A DNA stretch of 23,729 nt. It comes from Emiliania huxleyi CCMP1516. Taxonomy: Eukaryota. Positions 1 through 9,196 of the stretch are shown piece by piece. Every line of letters begins with the position of its first letter. The first letter of the stretch is position 1. The notes under the pieces are model-generated. The model worked only from the letters and a program-made list of their open reading frames with translations, searched no databases and was not told where the DNA came from. Where the stretch lies: NCBI RefSeq assembly GCF_000372725.1, contig NW_005202176.1, positions 353,152 through 376,880 on the forward strand, given 5' to 3'. A program made the position numbers and the translations under genes.

Positions 1-8
1 GGCACGGC

Positions 9-671
9 ATGTTCTGGGCGCTCGTCGCCAGTCTGCTTTCGGTGCAGTGCCGCGACCGCGTTGCGCTGGCGGCGACGCGCGCCATGCTTAGGCTGTGCGC
101 CGGCGAGGGCGCCGCGGGCGTTGCGGCTCTCGGCGAGGAGGAGCTGCTGCGGCTGGTGCACAGCTGCAACTTTTGCGCCTCCAAGGCGAGGTACGTCCGG
201 GCGGCGGCCGAGCACGCGCAGCGGCACGGCGGGCGCGTCCCGCGCGAGTACGACGCGCTGGTCCAGCTTCCCGGCGTGGGTCCCAAGATTGCACACCTCA
301 TGCGCAGCGTGGCGTTTGGGGAGGCGGAGGCGGGGATCGTCGTGGACACGCACGTGTTTCGCGTGGCGACCCGGCTGGGCTGGGTGGACGGGGCCGCCGC
401 GCGTGCGGGGCCAGAGGGCGTGCGCGTGCAGCTCGAGAGGTGGGTCCCGCGCGAGGAGCGCGTCGGCTTCACCCTCGCCGTGGTCGGCTTCGGCCAGCTC
501 GCGCGCGGAGGCGGCGGCTGGGGCGGGGCGCTGGTGGAGCACGCAAGCAGCGGGGCGCGCGCGACGCGGCTGCCCGACAGCGATGCCGCTGAGGCCGAGT
601 CTTGCGTGGCCTCAGAGGCGAACATAGAGCTCGCAAAGTCCATCGTGGCGCGGATGGACGCGTCAGGTTAG
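9..671 (+). CDS. Endonuclease III (Nth)-like HhH-GPD DNA glycosylase; may begin upstream of the window
   Basis: Motifs FWALVASLLSVQCRD, helix-hairpin-helix LVQLPGVGPKIA (catalytic Lys position) and IVVDTHVFRVATRLGW (catalytic Asp). The frame is open to the window edge. No C-terminal 4-Cys Fe-S motif. Confidence 0.88.
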   Translation: MFWALVASLLSVQCRDRVALAATRAMLRLCAGEGAAGVAALGEEELLRLVHSCNFCASKARYVRAAAEHAQRHGGRVPREYDALVQLPGVGPKIAHLMRSVAFGEAEAGIVVDTHVFRVATRLGWVDGAAARAGPEGVRVQLERWVPREERVGFTLAVVGFGQLARGGGGWGGALVEHASSGARATRLPDSDAAEAESCVASEANIELAKSIVARMDASG

Positions 672-1398
672 CGGTAGCAAGGGGTGACACCACCTCCGAG
701 CGTCGCACTTTGGGCACTCATACGTGCTACTGTATTCAATGGGTTGCGAGAAAGTTGTTCACAAAGCGGCGCGCGTGTCATCGGGGCCGTCACACAGGCG
801 CTTTAAAATATATTGACTTCACCCGCCGCCGCCGCTGTCGAACCACGACAGCACCGCTCCCACTTGGCCATCCACGGCGGCCTTCCGAATGCTTGCAGGG
901 ACGTCGCCGCCGCGCGACGGATGAGGCGGCGAGTGGCGCGCTGCGGACATAGCGCGAAAGATTTTACCGAAAAAGAGAATTTTACACCACAACACAATAA
1001 TATGTGTTTTGGTTTTAAAAGAAACGGGGAATGAGGGGCCCCGCCACGAGGAGTGCGTTTTGGGGATGCAGAGCGCGCAAGGGGGTAGGGATGAGGCCGC
1101 AAAAGAGGCGCGCGAGGCAAGCAAGGAGGATGTCCGGCTGCAGCGCCGGCTCGAGCACACGAGCAGCACGGCCAGGGAGGTCTGTGTAACAGTGAATATT
1201 GCGCCTGTGGCTCGCGAAAAAAGTCGAGACGAAGGTTTCACAAATCCGAATCGCTTCACATTTCTTCCACGTTCCACCCCTCCCCTGTCTGCTATAGCCG
1301 CAGCCACTCCCAGCTGCTCGGTGTGAACAGAGTTCGTACACCGAGCAGCAGGGAGCAACTCGAGATCCCTCGAGAGTTCACGCGGAGTCGGCTGGGGC

Positions 1399-1407
1399 TA
1401 TAAAAAA
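1399..1407 (+). promoter_or_regulatory. Putative TATA box
   Basis: TATAAAAAA in GC-rich context, ~70 bp upstream of the ATG at 1475. Confidence 0.5.
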
Positions 1408-1474
1408 GACAGACCCCTCCCTACCCGAGACACACATCATCCACCCACCACCGACAATCACCGAGCGCTTGCTC

Positions 1475-1954
1475 ATGACCAAGCTGCTGCTCGTCACCTT
1501 CCTCGCCACGGCGTCGGCCCTCAAGGTGGCCGGCGGCCCCGTTGTGCCCCAGCCCGCCGTCAAGCCGTCCTCGACGTCGACCGCCCTCCAGCTGCGCGGC
1601 GGCGGCATGGTCGACCAAGGCGTGTGGCTCAAGGCGGCTTCGGCCTTCTTCGGCTTGTACGGCGTCGGCTTCCTGCTCGCCCCAGAGATGACCATCACCC
1701 AGAACTTTGTCGTCACGCCCGACAAGTACCACTCCTTCTTCGCACGCAACATTGGGCTGTGCATCCTGTACACGGTGTATCTGCTCAACTACAAGATGGA
1801 CGTTGCGGCAGCTGTGCCCGCGCTGGTCGCGTACATGGCCATCTGCGCTGTCGTCGGCCCGGTGTATGCCGAGCTCAAGCTGGAGACCACGCCGGCGCAC
1901 AAGGCCGCCCTGCTCATGGTTCCGTTTATCGTGACCGGGCTGCTTGCGCTTTAA
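1475..1954 (+). CDS. Small multi-pass membrane protein with signal peptide and LRGG motif, function unknown
   Basis: Intronless ORF with strong GC3 codon bias. Hydrophobic signal MTKLLLVTFLATASA, then ALQLRGG, then about 4 hydrophobic segments. Confidence 0.8.
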   Translation: MTKLLLVTFLATASALKVAGGPVVPQPAVKPSSTSTALQLRGGGMVDQGVWLKAASAFFGLYGVGFLLAPEMTITQNFVVTPDKYHSFFARNIGLCILYTVYLLNYKMDVAAAVPALVAYMAICAVVGPVYAELKLETTPAHKAALLMVPFIVTGLLAL

Positions 1955-2177
1955 GCCCGGTCATACTCTCGCACGTGTGCACAACGCTCTGGTGAGTCAA
2001 GTGGAGCGCTGGCGACACAGTGTGCGGACCTCTCTCGAGCTGGCTCCTCATCCTCTGTGACTGTGTACGTTGAGTATGAGAAAATCAGTAGTTTGCACAG
2101 CTAACACATCTCAGACGGATCGCGAACGTGGTCAGAAGTGTCTCGTATAATGCGCCTCGTGCCGACGCGCCGCGCGC

Positions 2178-5100
2178 TCACGCCGGCAGCAGCGTGCCCC
2201 GCTCGCGCATCTCGCGCAGGAGCTCGCGCTGCGCGCCCGCGCCGGTCACGGCGTGGGCGGCGGCGATGCCCGACCCCGCGACGGCCGGGACGCCGATGCC
2301 CGGCCAGCACGAGTCGCCGCACGTCAGGAGTCCGTCCACGGCCGTGCGCGCGCCGGGGAAGGCGGAGTCCGCTGCGGAGAGCTCGGGGCCGTAGGTGCCG
2401 CGGTGGCGGCGCAGGAAGCGCTCGTGCGTGAGCGGCGAGCCGACCAGCTCCACATCGACCCGCGCCCGCACGTCGGGGATGAAGCGCTCGATGGCGGCGT
2501 ACAGCGGCGCCGCCCGCTCCGCCTTGAGCCGCCCGTACTAATTAGTGAATTAATTATGCGCCTAGTGAATTAACTAGTTGACTAATTCGTGCCTTGAGCC
2601 GCTCGTACTCCGCCGATCCGCGCGTGAGGCCCTCCCAGACCTCGTACGGCTCGGTGGCGGGCAAGTAGGCGTGGATGACGGCGCGGCCCTCGGGCGCGAG
2701 GGAGGGGTCGAGCAGCGACGGCACCGAGACGAAGGCGGCCGACTGCGGCTGCGTCAGCTTCTCCCACTCTGGCACCTACTCCCGCACGCGCGCGCACTCG
2801 TGAGGAGGGCCGCTCCCCTTGCCCTGCGCCGCCCGCTCTGCCGCCCGGGCGCCACGATGTGGTGGATTGAGGACAGCGCCTGGGAAGGTTCCAGGAAAGG
2901 TCCCAGGAGAGGTCTAGGAAGAGCCACGATGTGGTGGATTGAGGACAGCGCCTAGGAAGGTTCCAGGAAAGGTCCCAGGAGAGGTCTAGGAAGAGCCACG
3001 ATGTGGTGGATTGAGGACAGCGCCTGGGAAGGTTCCAGGAAAGGTCCCAGGAGAGGTCTAGGAAGAGCCGCGATGTGGTGGACTGAGGACAGCGCCTGCT
3101 CGCTCAGCCCATCGGAGCGGATGCCGAGGTGCAGGTGCACAAAGGACGGCGTCGGAGGCGTGCTCGCGTCGAGCGGGGCGCTGCCGGTGGCGCGCACCGC
3201 AGCGCGCGCTGCCGGAGGCAGGAGCGCCGCTGTCTGCCAGACGGGGGCGTTCGAGATGACTGCGCGCCGCGCGTGCACGACGCGGCCGCCGACGAGCCGC
3301 ACGCCCGTGCAGCGGCCGTCCGCCTCGTCCACGAGGATCTGCTCGACGGCGCTGCGCAGCCGCAGCTCGCCCCCGTGCTTGCGCAGGCCGCGCACGAGCG
3401 CCTCCACGACCGCGCCCGATCCGCCGAGGGGGTAGTCCATCCTCGCGCCGTCGGCGTGCAGCTCGGCGAGCATGTAGACCATGGCCGCGGCGACGGTGCC
3501 GTCCGACGGCAGCCCCGAGAAGGCAAAGGCGAGGAAGTCGAACCAGTTGCGCAGCCACGGGTCCGTCACGCCCGCAGCCTCGAGCACCGCCGACCACGTG
3601 CCAGAGAGCAGGTACGCGCGCAAGCCGATGCGCGGGTCAGCCATCGCGCCTAATTCATTACCGAATTCGTTCATTCGTTCACCAATCAAGCCGATGCGCG
3701 GGTCAGCCATCGCGCCCATGTAGGGTCCCGCCGTTAGCACGGCGCCCACGTCCGCCCGCAGCGCGATCGGCGGCACGGCGAGCACGGCGCGCTGCAGCGG
3801 CTCGATGAACTCGAGCAGCCGGTCCCACTGACCGACCGTCCTCTCGCCGTCGCCCAGCCGCGCCATCGTCCGCCGCCACTCGCCCATGTCGCCCGCGGCG
3901 GCGTAGAAGCCGGCCGGCGCCTCGGGTGTATACATGTTCCAGCCGCCGTACTGCACCCACTCCGGCGACTCGCCGACCGCGTCGAGCACCTGCCGCAGCG
4001 GGTTGGTCGACGGCGCAGCGCACCCGCTCCACAGCGACGGCCCGCTGTCGAACGTGTACCCGCCGCGCTCGAAGGCGTGCGCGCAGCCGCCCGCGATGTA
4101 GTGCGCCTCGCAGACCAGCACCTTGTGGCCGTACTTGGCGCTCAGCGCGCCCGCGCTCAGCCCGCCCAGCCCGCTCCCAACCACAACCACGTCGTACTCC
4201 TCCGCCGCCTCCTCCGCCGCCTCCGCCGCCGCCGCCTCCTCCGCCGCCGCCGCCGCCGCCGCCTCCGCCGCCGCCGCCGCCGCCTCGCTGCCGGCGAGCG
4301 ACATCCTCGGCGAGCCGCGTGGCGGCGGGCGGGCGGCCATCTGGACGCTCGCGCGCGCCGCCGCCGCCGCCGCGCCTCCCGCTGGCGACGGCGGCGCGGG
4401 CGGGCGCGTGGGGAGCGCAGGGCGGAGGGCGAGGTAGGCGCAGAGGCCGTAGAAGGGCACACACCTTGCGGCGGTGCGCAGCGCGCCGGCCTGCTCTGGC
4501 TCGACGCCGCGGCGGCGGAGGTCGTCGTCCACGAGCCAGCCCTGGAAGCAGGCGAAGAGGCCGAGATCGACCACGAAGCTCGAGCCGAGCCGGTCCTGCG
4601 AGAGGAGCTCGCCGAGCGAGGCGAGCCGCGCGGGGAGGTCTCCGAACTCTGGCCTTCCCGCCACGCCCCAGCCGAGGGCGAGGGTGCCCACCGAGGCGAG
4701 GAGCGGACCGAGGAGCCGCGACTCGCCCACCGCCGCCGCCGGCTCGTCGAACTCGTCCGCGTAGACGACCTCGCCGCCCTCGGGCGAGCGGGTGGCGAGG
4801 TACGGCAGGAAGAACGCGTTGGTCAGCAGCTGCATCCAGAGCACGGTCGGGAGCATCGAGCCCGAGGGGCGGCCCTTGCGGCCGTCGACCAGGAAGCCGC
4901 CAAAGGCCGCCGCCCAGGCGAGCAGGAGGTTGAAGATGGCCTCGAGGCCGGGGTGCACGGTCGGCGCGAAGGGGAGGCCGAGCAGCGGCGAGAGGAGCCA
5001 AAAGTTGAGCGACAGGTCGCGCACCTCGACCCAGGTGGCGGCGTCGAGCTGGGTGGCGTCCGGGCCGGGGAGGATGCCATTCGAGAAGAAGACGATGCTG

Positions 5101-5669
5101 CAGTAGAGGCCCCACGCGACGAGCGGCACGCCCCGCACCGGCTCCTTGATGACCTTGGAGGCGAGGCTGAGCAGCGCGAGACCCGCCGAGCCGGGCTTGA
5201 GCGGCGCTGGCTCCGGCACGTCGAAGCCGGAGACGAGTAGGCCGGCAGTGTCGGTCTTGTACATGGAGCAGCCGCGAGTGAAGGGCAGCGGCTGGCCGTC
5301 GTTCTCGACGTGCCACTGCACGCCGCAGGTGGCGCCTGCGTCGGCAACCTCGTCTATGCAGAACTGAAAGGTTGGCGGCAGCGCGTCGGCGACGCGGTTG
5401 AGGTGCGCCTCGAGTGCCTCCTTGCCGCTGAAGGCGTCTGCGTACTGCGTGTCGTCGTACTCGCACTCGTCGGCGAACTGAGCGACGGCCGCCGTCATGT
5501 CACGCTCGTTCCAGGCGGCAAAATAGCGGCGAATGGCCGCCGCCGCCGGTCCCTCGGCAGGAGGAGCGGTCATGCGCAGCGAGAACGCGCTCGAGCGCAG
5601 CGATGGGCTGCGGATTGGACCCACGTCGGGGCGGCGGAGGGCCACGGTGGCTGAGCCGACGAGCAACAT
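2178..5669 (-). CDS. Putative plastid-targeted fusion: SnoaL/NTF2-like domain + multi-pass membrane domain + carotenoid isomerase (CRTISO)/phytoene desaturase-family FAD oxidoreductase. Exons 5669-3716, 3649-3096, 2879-2853, 2775-2593, 2522-2178 (1020 aa)
   Basis: SnoaL-like [13 protein letters not shown]...[10 protein letters not shown]...EPAPLKPG. Rossmann [109 protein letters not shown]. Four GC-AG introns restore one frame (3063 nt with stop). Confidence 0.85.
2523..2592 (-). other. 70-nt GC-AG intron formed by a 19-bp exon duplication plus AT-rich filler
   Basis: Direct repeats gccttgagccgc(c/t)cgtact at 2521-2539 and 2591-2609 flank a 51-bp filler. Removal at AAG|GC joins YERLK to AERAAPLY. 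70 nt is not a multiple of 3 and contains stops, so splicing is required. Confidence 0.85.
2776..2852 (-). other. Ordinary 77-nt GC-AG intron
   Basis: ATCGTG|GCGCCC...GAGTAG|GTGCCA joins HHIV to VPEWEKL in frame. Confidence 0.7.
2851..3097. repeat. 72-bp tandem repeat (four 31-bp exon copies separated by three 41-bp fillers) forming a 216-nt GC-AG intron at 2880-3095 on the - strand
   Basis: gccacgatgtggtggattgaggacagcgcct at 2851, 2923, 2995 and a variant at 3067. Filler (g/a)ggaaggttccaggaaaggtcccaggagaggtctaggaaga. Donor CAG|GC, acceptor ccCAG|GC. Confidence 0.9.
3650..3715 (-). other. 66-nt GC-AG intron formed by a perfect 30-bp exon duplication plus 36-bp AT-rich filler
   Basis: caagccgatgcgcgggtcagccatcgcgcc at 3621-3650 and 3687-3716. 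Unspliced translation shows [10 protein letters not shown] twice. Donor G|GCGCGA, acceptor ttAG|GC. Confidence 0.75.
4200..4285. repeat. (GCC/TCC)n trinucleotide tract encoding a poly-Ala/Glu linker
   Basis: Runs of gcc interrupted by tcc; translates to [17 protein letters not shown] on the - strand. Confidence 0.85.
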
Positions 5670-5892
5670 CGCAAACAGAGCAGTCAGCAGTGCCCCAGTT
5701 TCTGAGAAACTTCCGGCGACCCAAATTTTTTCTTAGGTTGGCTCCTCGGCCCTGGATGTGAGGTTACCGACTGCACTCCAAGTGCTCCAAGGTTGTCGCG
5801 CGAAACGCTTGAATGAAAGCCAAACACGGCCTTTCCACAGACAGGTGGCGCATACGCACACGGGCCCGTCCCCGTCCCGTACCCGTCTCCAG

Positions 5893-7130
5893 AGGGACCC
5901 AAGACGACCATCGACCTGGCGGCCGTCGAGGTGGAGGCGCAGGAGGAGTACCGGAAGAGCCGCAAGCTCGTGGAGGGCGAGGCGGAGGCGCCTGAGTACA
6001 CGCCGACGGCGACGCCCAAGGAGCGCGGCCTGTACGAGGCCCTCGGCGTCGAGCCCGACGCCAGCGCCGCCAAGATCAAGAAGGCGTACTACAAGCTGGC
6101 GATGAAGGAGCACCCCGACAAGGGAGGCGACAAGGAGAAGTTCCACGCCATCGGCGACGCGTACCAGGTGCTGTCGGACGTGCCGAAGCGCAAAAAGTAC
6201 GCCGCGCGCACACGCGGAGCGCCCCCCACTCGCACCCATGCCCCGTCTCATGATTCCGTCTCCTCGTCGCTCGCAGATACGACGAGCTCGGTATGGCGGG
6301 GCTCAACGACGCGCCGCTGGCGGACCCGGGGGTCGTGTTCGCGATGATGTTTGGGGAGCGGAAGTTTGGGCACCTCGTGGGCGATCTGGCGGTGGTCACG
6401 CAGCAGCGACTGCAGGACGAAGGGCTCACGAAGGAGGCCACGGCCGAGAAGCTCAAGGCTGCGCAGGACGCGCGGGAAAACCGCCTCGCGAAGCTGCTGG
6501 CCACGCGCCTGGATGAGTGGGTGAGTGGGGACAAGGAGAAGTTTGTGCGCGAGGCGCTGGTGGAGGTCGCCGAGCTCCACGAGCTGCACATGGGTCCGCA
6601 GATGCTCGCCAGCATCGGTGCGCGAGCGCAACTCCTGTACCTACACGACCCTCACAGCGCGCGCACGCACCGTACCCACACGCATGTCGCCATCCCTCAC
6701 AGCGCGCGCGCACTCCACCGCAGGCATCGAGTACGAACTCTCGGCGGACCGCGCCCTCGGCGTGAAGGGGCACGACTGGTTTGGCCACGCGGCGTTGAGC
6801 CACCAGTTCGCCTCCGCCTCCAAGGCGCTGCGCGCGTCGCAGCAGATGGCAAAGGACGCCGCCGAGTTCGACAAGCTCGACGACGAGCAGAAGGCGGCGC
6901 AGCAGGCGCAGTTCGCCGCGCAGATGCAGAACTCGCTCTACAACTTGATGGCCATTGACATCGAGTCGACGGTCGCGTCCGCCGTCGCCAAATGCTGCGC
7001 CGACACGTCCGTCTCAAAAGACGTCCGCCGCGAGCGCGCCAAGGGCTTGCTCAAGCTGGGCAAGATCTTCCGCGGCGTGCTCCCGCCGGCGGCGGAGGCG
7101 GCGCCGGCGGCGGCCGCGCCCGTGTCGTGA
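5893..7130 (+). CDS. J-domain (Hsp40) protein with DnaJ-X-like C-terminal domain (Caj1/Djp1 type). Introns 6197-6276 and 6618-6723; start codon uncertain
   Basis: LYEALGV...[22 protein letters not shown]...AYQVLSD..KRKK|YDELG with HPD motif. [11 protein letters not shown] and DIESTV...[14 protein letters not shown] are typical of the X-domain. GT-AG introns restore the frame. No in-frame ATG before the J-domain. Confidence 0.85.
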
Positions 7131-7602
7131 GCCGGTGGAGCGTGCAGCGCAGCCTTCCGCTCGGACGAGCCACGCAAAGAAGCAGGCAGCCTGCCAGGTG
7201 CCGGATTGGGAGCAGCCGGCGTGGTGCCAGAGGGCCACGCGGCCGCTCTCGTACACGTCGAGCTCGCTGGTGTCGCGCCCGCGCCAGAGCGGGGCTCACG
7301 CTCGGTCAGTACGACGCGGGACGCGCGCATCCGCATCGAGACCTCTCATACTAGAGCATCATCGGCCATGGCCGCAGGGAGCGCGGGGGAGGGCGCTGGG
7401 AGCAACACGGAGCTCCGTTGGACGTTTTCAAGATTTTTAGCGTGTCAGAGTGTGAATTCAGTGGAACTAGCCAACTAGCAACTTCCCCACTCAAAAGCAA
7501 CAGCAAAATAAATAGTGGGACAGAGTGCGACGTCCCTGCGTCGCTCCTGTCATGCAATGGGTCGCGCCCCGACTTGCGGCGCGGCTTGACCTGTACATAG
7601 GC

Positions 7603-8859
7603 TTATCCGCACCCTTTGGCGGTGATGCCGGCGACGGCCTTGCCCAGGAAGGTGTCGACGAAGGCCTTGATCTTATCGGCGACGCCACGGAAGCGCGGGT
7701 CGGCGTTGCAGTGCGCCAGCCACGCCGCCAGCTTTGGACGGCCCTCGGTGACGGACCCCACGAGCGAAGCGGCGGCCTGGTCCTGCATCATGGCGACGGT
7801 CGGGTAGAGGACGACGTCGGCGAAGGAGATCGCGTCGCCGACACAGTAGGGCCCCGCGGGCCGCAGCAGCGACTCGACAAGATCGAGCTGCTTGAGGAGG
7901 TCCTTGAGGCGAGCGGCCCGCTCCGGGCCCGGCATCGCAGCCTTGTAGAAGACGGCCTGCGGCGGAGAGAGGCGCTGCCTCACCCCGGCACTGCCTCGCG
8001 CGCAGACGGGTGCGGCGGAGGCGCGGGGCGGCGGCGCTCTGCGGGTGGGAGAGTTGCGGCGTGGTGCCTGGTTCGAGAAGAACTGCGGCTGGGAGCAGTT
8101 TGTGCCAGAGATGTACATATCGTGCACGCGGACGAGGAGGGCGCTCAGCGCGCGAGCCTCGACCGTCGGGCCGCGGCAGTCGTTCTCGAGCAGCGGAGCG
8201 TACTTGTCGGCGACGTACGACAGGATGACGTCCGACTCGAACAGGCGCAGCCTGCACGCAGAGCGCGACGGTGTGAGAAGATGGTGGCGGCGGCGGTCCC
8301 CGCTCGTGAATCGCCGCGCGACCCTCCGGCGGTGAGGGCCACGGGACACAGCTTTTGTGGCGAGACCTGCGGCGGGCGGTGAGCATGAGCATGAGCCGTG
8401 CAACCGGCTAGCTGTCGCGCTGCTCCGTCGCCTTTGCAAACTCGTCGCCGCCAAAGCCGCCGTAATCGGCGGGCGTCTTCCAGTCGATCACCTTGCCACG
8501 AGGGGTGCCCGGCGGCGTGGAGCAAATGGGCGAGGCCCGGGCTTGGTGTGCCGTGGTGAGACGTGGGTGGCGGTGATGCAAACCTCGCCGAGCTTTGGGT
8601 TGAGGGCGGCAAAGAGCATGAGCCTGCCTGGGTTGTTGGTCGATATAATAACCACGGTGTCCTTCTTGCTGGCCGCAGGCGGCGGCTGCACGTCGCAGGA
8701 CTGGCGCTCGGCGGGACGTCCCTGACGGCCATTGCCGAAAACCTCGACGTCTCGTGCACCATGTCCGATCGCAGCCTTCGAGGCGAGGCCCGCCATGTCG
8801 TCGAGCGCTCCGGGAAGGTCGAACTCGATGTCGCGGGACGAGTGGCGAGCGCGGGACAT
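7603..8859 (-). CDS. Glutathione S-transferase family protein. Introns 8492-8583 (GT), 8367-8431 (GC), 8252-8322 (GT), 7957-8067 (GC); start uncertain
   Basis: Spliced: ISTNNPGRLMLFAAL...DEFAK|VSPQKLCPVAL..G|LRLFESDVILSYVADKY (cis-Pro and ES motif). C-terminal domain GPYCVGDAISFADVVLYP...RPKLAAWLAHCNADP. Confidence 0.82.
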
Positions 8860-9196
8860 GTCGCTGCTGGGGTGTGTGGTCGCAGCAGATCTCTGGCGCG
8901 GCCTGGGGTGCACACCAGCTGGGTGCACACGGACCCGAGGTGTCGTTCTCGAGGTTCTCGGAGGGGTGGATATGCTTCGGCCTGCGGTGCCTAACCATGA
9001 ATACCAGGCGTTTGCGGATTTGCTTTTTCGTTTTTCACTGCGCCCTTCGCTGTTCATTTGCGAGAGATTCTCCCGCCATTCTCTCGCCATTCTCCCGCCA
9101 TTCTTCCTCCTTTTGTTTAAATTCTTCCTCCGTTTTCCGAGTAATAACGGATTTGCAAGAAAAACCGATTTTCAACCCTGACTCGCACCAAAACGC

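Noticed and set aside
803..1358. Several 70-180 aa ORFs between the Nth-like and LRGG genes
   Set aside because: No codon bias or motifs; AT-rich patches suggest intergenic DNA.
2851..3097. CRISPR-like repeat/spacer appearance
   Set aside because: The 'spacers' are near-identical, one component is host exon sequence, the context is eukaryotic and no cas genes are present.
3703..5466. 587-aa and other Arg/Pro/Gly-rich overlapping ORFs throughout the window
   Set aside because: Shadow frames of high-GC coding sequence with no recognisable motifs.
5776..5791. CTCCAAGTGCTCCAAG is the reverse complement of the 9-bp repeat at 16310-16349
   Set aside because: Only 16 bp of a simple repeat; insufficient to claim a shared element.
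7131..7350. Coding-looking stretch downstream of the J-protein stop
   Set aside because: No recognisable domain, start or splice structure; may be UTR or a remnant.
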